Source: Bacilli bacterium (GTDB lineage Bacteria > Bacillota_I > Bacilli_A > RFN20 > CAG-288). Taken from it: a stretch of DNA of 64,000 bases. Position numbers and translations under genes: made by a program. The DNA lies in the NCBI GenBank assembly GCA_017470005.1, contig JAFUFH010000037.1, forward strand, positions 26,978 through 90,977. The letters run 5' to 3'. The notes under the pieces are model-generated. The model worked only from the letters and a program-made list of their open reading frames with translations, was not told where the DNA came from and ran no database searches. Of the stretch, positions 47,575 through 56,876 are shown piece after piece (position 1 is the stretch's first letter; each line of letters begins with the position of its first letter).

Positions 47575-50568
47575 TTAATTAGAATTTTTAATTCCGCGAC
47601 CTGTGAGTAAGGTTAAGGTAGTGGTGAAGCTAGTTTCAGCACCATTGATAACCGCGGTGTAAGTGAAGGTGAAGGTGACAGTATTGGCATCTTCCGTGGT
47701 TTCGCTTCCATCATCGCCTTCCACGATAGCCGTATTGTAGGCAGCACCGACTTCGAAAGTACCAACATAATCGTTAGCGCTGGTAGCACCAGATTCTTCT
47801 AAGGAGTAGGTGTCACCGGCAGCAGAAGCGTTGGACAAACGGATACGGATGTTGGCAGCACCGGCTTCGATCAATTGCTTGAAGGAGAGCTTATAAACTA
47901 CCTTTTCGGCACCAGCAGTAGCATCGTAGGATTCATATTTGTTGTTTCCAGTACCCTTGGTGGAAACGTTGACGGTGTTAGCAATATCACCAGTCTTGGT
48001 GAGAAGTGCAGCGCTATCGCCAGCAGCCCAGAGAGAGTCATAGGACCACTTCTTGCCATCATAGACGATAGGATCGTCAGCATCGATCTTGCTGGTATCA
48101 GGACCCCAGTTGAGGGTGAAACCAGAAGAGTTATCGGATTTGAGAACTTCCATGAAGTTGAGAGGGTTGAGGGAGTTACCAGAGATAGCACCGAAGCCTA
48201 AGTCGAATTCACCTCTTCTCATCTTGTTGTAGACTTCTTCATAGTCAGAAGAACCATTGGTTTCGATGATGTTGAGTTTGTAACCGCCAGAATAATCTTC
48301 AGCGATGACTTCATCGAAGACACGGATGATAGAAGTGAAGACGTCAGCGTAATCGGTCTTATCGTTGGTGTTCATCCATTCCATGGTGATAGGAATGAGA
48401 TAAGGGTTAGCGGAAGAGCCAGCACCAGCACCAGAGTTTTCGGTTTCAAGAAGTCCAGCTTCGACCATATCGGTGATGGTTCCATCCATAACTTCTCTCA
48501 ATTCATCCTTAGCGGCATCGACGTTGTAACCGAAAGTATCGTTATAACGGTTGGCAAGGACAGCCTTGTGAGCAGGAGTGGAGTTGTAAGTAGTACCATC
48601 TTCAGGGTTGATAAGGTAGTTATCCGCGAAGTATTCCTGAGTAGGTTTCATACCTCTAGCTTCACAGATAGACTTTCTATCCAAAGCGAAGGATAAGAAG
48701 TTGAGGAAGTGAGGATCAGACATGTAAGGTTTGACACCAGACCAAGTGGCGGTAGATTCCACACCAGCGGGATGTTGATAGATGGTTCCAGTAGGACCAA
48801 ATCTTTGTAACCACTGTTGTTTGGTGGAAGCGTTAACATTGATCTTGAAGTTAGAATCACCTAAGGTCTCATATTTTCTCCAAGTCATGGCACCGCTGGT
48901 ACCTTCACCGTTGGTGGACTTGAATTCGTTAGCTAATTCATCCTTGTTAGGAGCATAGGAGTCGGTCTGACCAGATAAGAAGTTGTTCTTAGAAATGGTC
49001 GCATCGGAGACTTGGTTATAAGAGATACCGCCGATGTTGTAGACCTTTCTCTTGTTGACTTTATCACCGTGAGTGAAGACATCTTCTTTCCAGAAGTAGC
49101 TGTCGTTCTTCTTGAAGTTGACGACCTTTTGAGTCTGCCAATCGGTGATGTAGTAAGGACCAACAGAGAGCATGGTATCCACAGGGGTAGCACCATTGGG
49201 GAACTTACCTAAACCCTTAGGACCCCACATCTTGATGAAGGCTTCCGGAAGAGGAGAATAGAGAGTGGAGGAGAGATAGTACATCGCATAGAATTGAGTA
49301 CAAGGATACAAGAGGTTGAATTCGATGAAGTTACCTTTATCATCGCTTCCGACCTTGATGTTCTTGGCCATGTATTTTTCCCAAAGAGTATTATCCCAAA
49401 GGGCAGAAGTATCACCAGTCTTGTTGGCTTTGGTTTCACCATAGTAGTTTTCAGCACCTTCGAAACCAGAGACACCAGAAGTCATTTCCGCACCTCTGTA
49501 TTGGTTGTTCCAAGCAGTGAGGGCGAACTTGATAGGAGTGAGGTAATCCTCTAAGGTGACTTTCTGCTTATCGTATTTTTTCACATCGTCTTTAGAAGAA
49601 CCAGTTCTATAAACAACATCATCTCTGAGGTGGATTCTCCATCTCTTGTTGTAGTTGTATTTTGCATCTGTCTTTTCATAGGCAACACCGTTTTCATCGA
49701 CAGAGATAGGTCTGTCATCGGTAGCCAAAGAAGGATACCATTCATAACCATCGTTGGTTTCATTCAAACGAGTTTGATAATAAGCGTCTGCGATGTAACC
49801 ATAAACGGTGGAAACGTCACTACCAGAAGCGTTGATTGCATTGGCGTGAGCGGGTAAGGAAGTGGTAGCGATATTGTAATAATCGCCATGTCCACCTAAA
49901 GGATTCTTCAAGTCTTCTTTGAAGCTTCCTTCTCTTGTTGTACCCCAACCGTAACCAGAGATGTAGGACTTAGGAAGAGGTTCATATCTGGTGTTATAAC
50001 AAACGTTGGAACCGTTAGAGAATAAAGTGATGCCAGTCAAATAGTGATCGACGGCATATTTTTCCAAGGAACCGAGAATTCTAGATTTTTCATCATAGCT
50101 AACGGTGGCATAGGAATGTCCGCCAGGAACCACGCTTGCATCTTCAACGGTGACAACGAATTCCATCTTTTCAGAAGCGTTAGAAGCTTCAGCGATGGTG
50201 ATGGTGGCAGTGCCTGCCTTCAAAGGATAAACGGTTCCACCATTTCTGACCTGAATAACAGTGTCATCAGAAGTTGTGACTTTGAAAGATCCATCACTAC
50301 CATCTGTCATATAGGCAGAGAAGATAGCGACACCTTCACCGACAGTCATCTTCAATTCGGTGCCAGCTTCATATTCCTCACCTTTGAAGACAACATAGAA
50401 TTCAGATTCTTCAATAGGATCTGTACTGGTTGTGCCAGTGCCAGTGTCACCAGTGTTTGTGGTGGCAGTGGTAGAGGGGTTAGTAGTAACAGGTTCTCCA
50501 CCGCATGAAGACAATAATGCGATAGCGAACAAGGACAAGGTTGTAACTGCTCTTTTCATTTTTTTCAT
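47575..50568 (-). CDS. oppA: Oligopeptide-binding lipoprotein OppA (SBP family 5), enlarged, with an N-terminal Big_2 Ig-like domain
   Basis: Start at ATG 50568 (AGGAGG lies 8 nt upstream). MKKMKRAVTTLSLFAIALLSSC-GG. Big_2-like segment ...VYPLKAGTATITIAEAS... followed by an SBP_bac_5-like body. Confidence 0.8.
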   Translation of the reverse strand: MKKMKRAVTTLSLFAIALLSSCGGEPVTTNPSTTATTNTGDTGTGTTSTDPIEESEFYVVFKGEEYEAGTELKMTVGEGVAIFSAYMTDGSDGSFKVTTSDDTVIQVRNGGTVYPLKAGTATITIAEASNASEKMEFVVTVEDASVVPGGHSYATVSYDEKSRILGSLEKYAVDHYLTGITLFSNGSNVCYNTRYEPLPKSYISGYGWGTTREGSFKEDLKNPLGGHGDYYNIATTSLPAHANAINASGSDVSTVYGYIADAYYQTRLNETNDGYEWYPSLATDDRPISVDENGVAYEKTDAKYNYNKRWRIHLRDDVVYRTGSSKDDVKKYDKQKVTLEDYLTPIKFALTAWNNQYRGAEMTSGVSGFEGAENYYGETKANKTGDTSALWDNTLWEKYMAKNIKVGSDDKGNFIEFNLLYPCTQFYAMYYLSSTLYSPLPEAFIKMWGPKGLGKFPNGATPVDTMLSVGPYYITDWQTQKVVNFKKNDSYFWKEDVFTHGDKVNKRKVYNIGGISYNQVSDATISKNNFLSGQTDSYAPNKDELANEFKSTNGEGTSGAMTWRKYETLGDSNFKINVNASTKQQWLQRFGPTGTIYQHPAGVESTATWSGVKPYMSDPHFLNFLSFALDRKSICEARGMKPTQEYFADNYLINPEDGTTYNSTPAHKAVLANRYNDTFGYNVDAAKDELREVMDGTITDMVEAGLLETENSGAGAGSSANPYLIPITMEWMNTNDKTDYADVFTSIIRVFDEVIAEDYSGGYKLNIIETNGSSDYEEVYNKMRRGEFDLGFGAISGNSLNPLNFMEVLKSDNSSGFTLNWGPDTSKIDADDPIVYDGKKWSYDSLWAAGDSAALLTKTGDIANTVNVSTKGTGNNKYESYDATAGAEKVVYKLSFKQLIEAGAANIRIRLSNASAAGDTYSLEESGATSANDYVGTFEVGAAYNTAIVEGDDGSETTEDANTVTFTFTYTAVINGAETSFTTTLTLLTGRGIKNSN

Positions 50569-50716
50569 ACTTTCTACCTCCTTAAGGGGAATTTCTCTTT
50601 GATAAGACAACCAAAAAACGGGTTGTCGAATTTAAGTAATATAAATATTTTATATTTATTTATTTTATAGTCAACTTGAATTTTTTTATCACCACTATAT
50701 AAAGCACTTTTTATAA

Positions 50717-50730
50717 AGTAAGCGCTTACT
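50717..50730. promoter_or_regulatory. cre-like palindrome AGTAAGCGCTTACT upstream of oppA
   Basis: Perfect 14-bp palindrome around the core GTAAGCGCTTAC. Lies 149 nt upstream of ATG 50568. Confidence 0.5.
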
Positions 50731-51163
50731 ATTTTGTGAGGGCAAACGCAAAAATCAAACAAAGCAATAAACAGAGCGCTCCGTAGACTAGCCACGGTAA
50801 AAAAACAAAGCCATTTTGCTTACGTTTTTCCTCTTTTTCCTGTTTGTACTCATAAGCGTCATCATATCTTTTGGGAGTGCCTCTTCGGAATGTCGTATGT
50901 ACCCAATTGATGGTTTGATAACGGAATGTATCAAAAATACCCGCTCTCACCACAAATGCTAATCCTAGATACCCCAGATATAGGGCAGCAGGGATTAAAA
51001 AGATGTCGCTTAAATTCCAAGAGGTGAAATAATACATCGGCACCACAAAGATAGGGATGATCACACCCAAGACGACAAATAAGATGATGTTTTTCTTCAA
51101 ATAGTCTGATAAATACATAACAAGATTGAAAGCAAAAGCCCTGGAAACCCAAGGCTTTTGCAT
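50729..51163 (-). CDS. Small membrane protein (about 3-4 TM), unknown function; start uncertain
   Basis: Hydrophobic segments plus a basic/acidic loop. A terminator-like hairpin lies inside codons 3-12, so ATG 51118 (M16) may be the real start. Confidence 0.45.
   Translation of the reverse strand: MQKPWVSRAFAFNLVMYLSDYLKKNIILFVVLGVIIPIFVVPMYYFTSWNLSDIFLIPAALYLGYLGLAFVVRAGIFDTFRYQTINWVHTTFRRGTPKRYDDAYEYKQEKEEKRKQNGFVFLPWLVYGALCLLLCLIFAFALTK
51125..51158 (-). terminator. Probable terminator of the S8 protease gene
   Basis: Minus strand AAAGCCTTGG-GTTT-CCAGGGCTTT (10 bp including one G-U) followed by TGCTTTCAATC. Confidence 0.45.
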
Positions 51164-51181
51164 GATAAGTAGACGAATAGA

Positions 51182-54100
51182 TTACTTGTCTTCTCTCTTC
51201 TTCTTGAACGCGATGGCAGTGCCTAATAAGGCAAGAGAGCCAGCGATAGTAGAAGCAGCGACGACAGATCCTCCACAACCTTTCTTTTCACCTTCAGAGG
51301 AAGTAGTTCCTTCAGGAGCGGTGGTAGTAGTAGTGGTGGGTTCAGAGGTTTCTGTAGTAGGTTCAGAAGTCTCAGTGGTAGGTTCAGTGGTGGAAGTTGT
51401 TCCAGTATCTTCAGGAGATCCCTTAGGAGCGAAGTTGAGAGAGAAGTAAGCAGCATCCTTAGGCATCTTGATAGCTAACATACCGGAAGCAGCGTCATAA
51501 GTGAAGTTACCATCTTCACCATCAACAGAAACAATGATATCTTCAGAATTCAAGCCAGTATCTAATTGGATGTATAAGATGTAGTCAGCTTTAGGAGTGA
51601 TAGCATTGCCCTTGGCATCCTGGATTTCGATGGTGTAATCATAGGAACCATTGGTGCCATAGTTGACGATAGCGAAGTCATTCTTGTTGGTGAAGAAAGT
51701 GGATCCGACAGAGAAGTAGAGTTCCTGAGGATGCACCAATAAAGCTAATTCATTGTGAGCATAGTCAGTTAAGATGACATGAATCTTGTTAGATTCATAA
51801 GTCTTAGCATTGAAGCTGTAAGAAGACTTGTAGTCATCAGTAGTTCCTTCCACTAAGGTAGGAACGACAGTGTTGGTAGTATTGAACTTAGCAGTGTTGT
51901 TATTTCCTCTGGCAACGAGGTCGAGGTAATATCTGCTGCCGTTCTCTCTGACAGCGGTGGAAACGAGTTCAGGAGCAGTCTTATCGATGACTAAGCTATA
52001 TTCCTTAACTTGAGTCTTACCAGTGGAGTGAACGTTGAATTCGAATTTGAGTTTGTAGTTTCCTTCAGGAACTTTGCTGATATCCATACAAGCGTAAGCA
52101 CGATGTAAGACATAACCAGTATCATCCGTGATCAAGAAGGATTTGTTGATACCCATAGAGGTATTGACGCTATAACCACTCTGCCATTTGAAGAGGTCAC
52201 CGAAGGTACCCTTTGCAGAAGGAGTGGAAGCGCCATCTTTTGTGACAGACCAAGTAGCGCTTGTTAAGGATCTGTTGACAAACATAACAGCAACTAACTT
52301 ATCGGAGATGCCAGGAGCACCAGCATAAAGTGTGTTGTTGTCTGCACCAGTAACGGAGAGGAAGTCACTGCCGTTAGCAAGAGCAGATTTCTGCATTTCA
52401 CCGATCTGGTTGAGAACGGTGGAACTAGGATTAGAACCAGTAGCAGAGAGAGTAGAACCAGTGTAAGCGTTAGGCTTGGCGTATTGTTCGTTGAGACCTT
52501 GCATGTAGTTGTCTGTTAAATCAGAGTCATAAACATGAGCAGGATCTTTTTCGAAATCGAAGGGTTCGACAGCATAAGCGGCGTTGTAATCACCATAGAA
52601 TCCCATGTAAGGAAGAGTTAAGGTGGTGTTAGCCTTAGGTGTAGCTTCTTCTAACTTGAGGAAGCCTTCCACGAAGGAACCAGCGCCATCCTTGAAGTAC
52701 TTAGCGAAGTATTCCTTCACAGTACCAGAGAAGTTTTCAACTTTGCTATCGCCGAATTCTTTTTCGAAGTGGAGATTATCAAATCTGAATTTGACAGTGC
52801 CGGTAGCAGAACCATTTGCAGGAACATTGATTGCTTCACCGAGGGAGACATAGCCATCGCCATTCGGATTGGTGACAAAGTCATCGTTGACGGAGATGGT
52901 AGGAACACCGACGAACTTAGGATAAGTAGAGAGATCGTTCTCATCGAATTTGACATTCTTGTCATAACCGATAGTTTCGGATCTAGAAGACTCTTCTTCA
53001 GCGGCATAAGTGTCATGTGTGACCTGGATTCTGAGTCTAGGAATCATGACAGCGATAGAAGGATTGTAAGTTCTAGCGACATTACTTTCGTTGTAAACAG
53101 TGTAATCAAATTCAATGTAGTTAGCGGAATTGTCTTCAGCGAAGTTTCCATCTTCAACGAAGAGAGAACCATCGTTCTTCAATTCAGCCTTAGCCTGATA
53201 GTCGTTAGAGAAACCGTCAGTCTTATTGTTCTTAGTAAGTATATAAGATTCAGCTTCTAACATACCAGCGACATTGACACGACCAGCACCTTGGTTTCTA
53301 GGAGAACCGATGGTAGTCTTAGAAGTATCGGTGATTTGGTCAGCGGTAGACATAGCGATATTAGAGAGAATGCTCTTCTTTTCTTTATAAGCTTCTTCGT
53401 CGGCGACTTTCATGCTACCGAATTGAGGATGCCATTCGGATAAAGCAGCAGCGAAAGCACCAGTGAAGTTAGGTGTAGCCATGGAGGTACCAGAGAGGTT
53501 ATCGTAACCATAGATACCAGAGTTTTCACCCTTAGTATTGGCGTGGATAGCCCCCATGGTGAGAGAACCAGGAGCAGTGATGGTAGGACCTAAGTCTAAG
53601 TTGTAAGCTGGACCGTCAGAGGAGAAGGAGGAGATGATGTTTCCATCAGCGGCATCTTCAACAACGTTACGGGCGAGAGTCATAGTACCGACACCACCAG
53701 CGTTATCGATAGAAGGTTCAGCATCCTTAGCGGCAGAAGGCTTATAAGTACCCCAAGTAGGGATAGTGTTCTGGAAGACGAAGCAAACAGGGATATTCGG
53801 AGAGTTATCGGAGAAGGCCATGGAGAAGTTGAAGGTGACAGAAGGATCGTTGTTGATAACGATAAGGGCAACAGCACCATACTTTTCAGCTAATTGATAT
53901 TTGCTGACGAAGGTGGTTTGACCTCTGTTAACAACGGCGACTTTACCTTTGACAGCTTCTTCGCCACCGATAGCGAGGTAATCGCTATCTTCACCATAAC
54001 CAGGAACATAAACATAATCGACAGTAACAGTATCTGCACCTTCAGGGATCAAATCTGTCATATATCTATCTTGGTCGAAGGTTTGAGTAGAAGAGGAGAC

Positions 54101-55402
54101 AACCTGATCTTTGAAAGCGACAGGATTGGAGTTCTCTTCGCCATCCTTTTTGACCAAAGCAATAGAATCATAGAAAGCTCTGTCAGGGTTAGAAGAAGCA
54201 ACAATGTTAGCATCTTCATCAGAGTTAGCATGGCTTCCTAAAATACCAGTTTCAACCGTGGAAGTAGAGAAGTCAGCATATCCCTTGTGAGAAGAGAAAG
54301 AAGACTTACCAGCATTACCAGCAGCGAAGTTGACAATGGTACCATTTTTTCTAGCTTCAGCGATGACTTGGTTGGTGCTCTCATCATAAGAGTCATCATA
54401 GTCATATAAATCAGAACCTAAAGAAAGGTTGACAACATCGATACCGAGCTTGGTGGCATCTTGGATAGCGGACATGATAGCAGAAGTGCTAGCTCCACCA
54501 CCCTGATCAGCGAAGACTTTGAAAATAGCAAGTTGAGCGGCAGGGGCAATACCACGGAAATCTTGTCCGTTAGCAGCGGCCATAGAAGCAACGTGAGTAC
54601 CGTGTTCTTGAGTGGCAACACCAGGATCAACATTAGTATCTCCACCAGCATAGTCATAGGCATAGAAGATCTTGTTGTTGATTCTTGTGTAATCGTGATC
54701 AAGTTTAGCAGCTTTCACCTGGTCATCACCCATAGGGGCGAATTCATCATCTAAATCGACGAAAGCAGGAGAAAGTAAGGTATATTTTCCTTTTTCAGCA
54801 TCTGCTTCAGCCTTGGTTCTAGCCTCAGAACCAGAAACTTGGTTCATGAATAAACCAGTATCGATGATACCGATAGAAACGCCAGCGCCGGCAGCACTCT
54901 TGGCTACATAGCCACGTGCCTGGATAGCTTCAGCGATTTCAGAAGAAGTGGCATGCATCGTTTGAGCAGAATAGTTTTCCATCTTCTGCTGGATGATAGC
55001 CTCTTCAGGGGTAATACCTCTGAAAGAAGTAGGATAACTTTCTACCTCAGGTCTAGCATATTGATGCTCTTCCTGGACATAAGAGACACCAGTCGTGTTC
55101 TCAATTACATCGTGGAAAGCAGAATTCACTTTGACTGCGAAACCATTGAATAATGTGTCATAAACATGTGTAATTTCATAGGAATCAGCAGGTAAAGCGC
55201 TGGCTAATTGAGCCATAACTCTGTTACGGTTAGCATCGGCCAATTTTTTATTGGCATCTAATTCACCGTCGACTTTAACAATGTAGGTCTTTTCTCCATC
55301 CTTCTTCAAGTCAAGGTATTCATCTACCTTGCTGTGTTGAGCAGCATAGAAAGTAAGACCCATGATAGTAGCAATAGAAGCCGCTAAAATCATTTTTTTC
55401 AT
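51182..55402 (-). CDS. Subtilisin-family (S8) cell-envelope-type serine protease with a PA-domain insertion, Thr/Pro/Glu linker and C-terminal TM anchor
   Basis: Catalytic triad motifs IGIIDTG, HGTHVAS and SGTSMATP. Start at ATG 55402 (AGGAGG upstream) gives the signal peptide MKKMILAASIATIMGLTFYAA. The C-terminus is GCGGS + TM + KKKREDK. Confidence 0.85.
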   Translation of the reverse strand: MKKMILAASIATIMGLTFYAAQHSKVDEYLDLKKDGEKTYIVKVDGELDANKKLADANRNRVMAQLASALPADSYEITHVYDTLFNGFAVKVNSAFHDVIENTTGVSYVQEEHQYARPEVESYPTSFRGITPEEAIIQQKMENYSAQTMHATSSEIAEAIQARGYVAKSAAGAGVSIGIIDTGLFMNQVSGSEARTKAEADAEKGKYTLLSPAFVDLDDEFAPMGDDQVKAAKLDHDYTRINNKIFYAYDYAGGDTNVDPGVATQEHGTHVASMAAANGQDFRGIAPAAQLAIFKVFADQGGGASTSAIMSAIQDATKLGIDVVNLSLGSDLYDYDDSYDESTNQVIAEARKNGTIVNFAAGNAGKSSFSSHKGYADFSTSTVETGILGSHANSDEDANIVASSNPDRAFYDSIALVKKDGEENSNPVAFKDQVVSSSTQTFDQDRYMTDLIPEGADTVTVDYVYVPGYGEDSDYLAIGGEEAVKGKVAVVNRGQTTFVSKYQLAEKYGAVALIVINNDPSVTFNFSMAFSDNSPNIPVCFVFQNTIPTWGTYKPSAAKDAEPSIDNAGGVGTMTLARNVVEDAADGNIISSFSSDGPAYNLDLGPTITAPGSLTMGAIHANTKGENSGIYGYDNLSGTSMATPNFTGAFAAALSEWHPQFGSMKVADEEAYKEKKSILSNIAMSTADQITDTSKTTIGSPRNQGAGRVNVAGMLEAESYILTKNNKTDGFSNDYQAKAELKNDGSLFVEDGNFAEDNSANYIEFDYTVYNESNVARTYNPSIAVMIPRLRIQVTHDTYAAEEESSRSETIGYDKNVKFDENDLSTYPKFVGVPTISVNDDFVTNPNGDGYVSLGEAINVPANGSATGTVKFRFDNLHFEKEFGDSKVENFSGTVKEYFAKYFKDGAGSFVEGFLKLEEATPKANTTLTLPYMGFYGDYNAAYAVEPFDFEKDPAHVYDSDLTDNYMQGLNEQYAKPNAYTGSTLSATGSNPSSTVLNQIGEMQKSALANGSDFLSVTGADNNTLYAGAPGISDKLVAVMFVNRSLTSATWSVTKDGASTPSAKGTFGDLFKWQSGYSVNTSMGINKSFLITDDTGYVLHRAYACMDISKVPEGNYKLKFEFNVHSTGKTQVKEYSLVIDKTAPELVSTAVRENGSRYYLDLVARGNNNTAKFNTTNTVVPTLVEGTTDDYKSSYSFNAKTYESNKIHVILTDYAHNELALLVHPQELYFSVGSTFFTNKNDFAIVNYGTNGSYDYTIEIQDAKGNAITPKADYILYIQLDTGLNSEDIIVSVDGEDGNFTYDAASGMLAIKMPKDAAYFSLNFAPKGSPEDTGTTSTTEPTTETSEPTTETSEPTTTTTTAPEGTTSSEGEKKGCGGSVVAASTIAGSLALLGTAIAFKKKREDK
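51339..51393 (-). repeat. Tandem 21-bp repeat (2.6 copies) encoding EPTTETS units in the protease stalk
   Basis: Plus strand GGTTCAGAGGTTTCTGTAGTA / GGTTCAGAAGTCTCAGTGGTA / GGTTCAGTGGTGG. Confidence 0.7.
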
Positions 55403-55596
55403 AAAGGGACCTCCTAAAAATTCAAGCATGTTAAATTGTAAATGTAGAGTTTTTGATTTCAAAAGAAAATTTTCACAAAAAAATAAAAAGAAAAACCGCC
55501 TTTTTTCTATAATTTGTAGAAAATTAGCGGATTTTCTTTAATTTTTTGCTGTTTTTAGCTGTTTTTATGTCTTTTTGACAAAAATTAAATTTTTAT

Positions 55597-55610
55597 GGAA
55601 ACGCTTACAA
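55597..55610. promoter_or_regulatory. cre-like box TGGAAACGCTTACA upstream of the S8 protease gene
   Basis: Fits TGWAANCGNTNWCA apart from the W position. Lies 195 nt upstream of ATG 55402. Confidence 0.5.
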
Positions 55611-55670
55611 TAACATTATTAGTTTTTAATTTATTATTAATATATAAGCTTTTTTGATATGTGCGTGTTC

Positions 55671-56861
55671 TTATCTCATCATTTCTTTCACGACTTTGAC
55701 CATGGCTTCCATCTCATCATAGTCCACATATTCGTATTTGCCGTGCATATTGTAATCGCCAGTGCCTAAGTTAGGGGTGGGAAGTCCCATGAAGGAGAGT
55801 TGAGAACCAGTAGTTCCACCTCTGATGGCTTCATAACGGCATTCCATACCAAACTTGGCATAGATATCGTTGATCTCTTTTTGAATCTGCGGATATTGAT
55901 CCAAAATCACCTTCATATTGTGATATTGTTCTTTGATATCTAAAACGATAGCTTCATATCCTAATCTGTCATTGATTCTTCTCGCAGTCAATTTTGCTAA
56001 TTTAATCATCTCTTGGATTTGAACTTCATCGAAAGAGCGGATGATATAGCTAGCTTCTGCATGATCTTCGCAACCTTGGAAATTGCATAAATGGAAGAAA
56101 GGTTCTTTTCCATCTGTGTCTTCCGGTCTAAGGAATTCGGGTAAAGCATTTTGGAAGTGAATTAAAACATTGCCTGCATTGACAAGTTTGTCTTTCGCAG
56201 AGCCAGGATGGATAGATTTACCAGTGACTTTCACTTCCATCGCGTAAGCGGTGAAGGATTCAATAGAAACATAACGGTAATCGCCACCATCCACAGTGTA
56301 GCCATATTTTGCGTTGACAATACCCATAGAGACATGTCTAGCATCAGCACCGATTTCTTCATCGGTTGTCATGATGATTTCAAGAGGTCTATGATTCTCT
56401 TTCTTCTCTAAGATTTCACTTAAAGCGGTCATGATGATTGCCATACCAGCTTTATCATCGCCACCTAAAAGAGTATTTCCATCGGTATGAATCACTCTAT
56501 GACCCACAGAATGATTTAAGGAAGGGAAATCTTTGGGAGAAAGAACCATTCCTTCTTGAAGAGGGATATCTCCACCTTGATATTCTGTGATGATGGGATT
56601 CACATCTTTTCCAGAAGCTTGGTTAGACGTATCCATGTGAGCTAAAAAAGCAACAGCATCTTTGCTTTCATCTCCAGGGAACTTTGCATCCACTTGTCCG
56701 TATTGATTCACAGTGATTTCACTAGGATTTAACGCTTGAAGTTCTCTAAGCATCACGTTGGTAAGGTTCAAGATCTTATCATTAGAACAAGCATCATCCT
56801 TTTCTTCTAAAGCAGTAGTCTCAATTTTGACATACTTCAAAAAGCGATCTAATAGTGTCAT
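55671..56861 (-). CDS. pepT: Peptidase T (tripeptide aminopeptidase, M20B)
   Basis: MTLLDRFLKYVKIET..., HMDT, GGDDKAG, TTDEEIG and GTGDYNMHG motifs. Confidence 0.9.
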   Translation of the reverse strand: MTLLDRFLKYVKIETTALEEKDDACSNDKILNLTNVMLRELQALNPSEITVNQYGQVDAKFPGDESKDAVAFLAHMDTSNQASGKDVNPIITEYQGGDIPLQEGMVLSPKDFPSLNHSVGHRVIHTDGNTLLGGDDKAGMAIIMTALSEILEKKENHRPLEIIMTTDEEIGADARHVSMGIVNAKYGYTVDGGDYRYVSIESFTAYAMEVKVTGKSIHPGSAKDKLVNAGNVLIHFQNALPEFLRPEDTDGKEPFFHLCNFQGCEDHAEASYIIRSFDEVQIQEMIKLAKLTARRINDRLGYEAIVLDIKEQYHNMKVILDQYPQIQKEINDIYAKFGMECRYEAIRGGTTGSQLSFMGLPTPNLGTGDYNMHGKYEYVDYDEMEAMVKVVKEMMR

Positions 56862-56876
56862 ATGTTTTCTCCTTTA

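Noticed and set aside
50569-50610. N-terminal extensions proposed by the ORF track for oppA (50610), the S8 protease (55462), lipoprotein A (38158), yidC (12183), lgt (31732), oppF (42709), ferritin (4871), metG (5009) and guaD (10972).
   Set aside because: In each case a downstream ATG is preceded by a good GGAG/AGGAGG site at 5-9 nt and yields a canonical signal peptide, lipobox or family N-terminus. The longer forms start at TTG or at poor sites and overlap the upstream gene or a terminator.
55463-55596. CodY-box-like sequences (AATTTTCACAAAAAA, GAAAATTAGCGGATTTTC) upstream of the protease gene, and similar AT-rich near-matches before the lipoprotein genes.
   Set aside because: They match only about 12 of 15 positions in very AT-rich spacers, where such hits are expected by chance. 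The cre-like boxes are much more specific.
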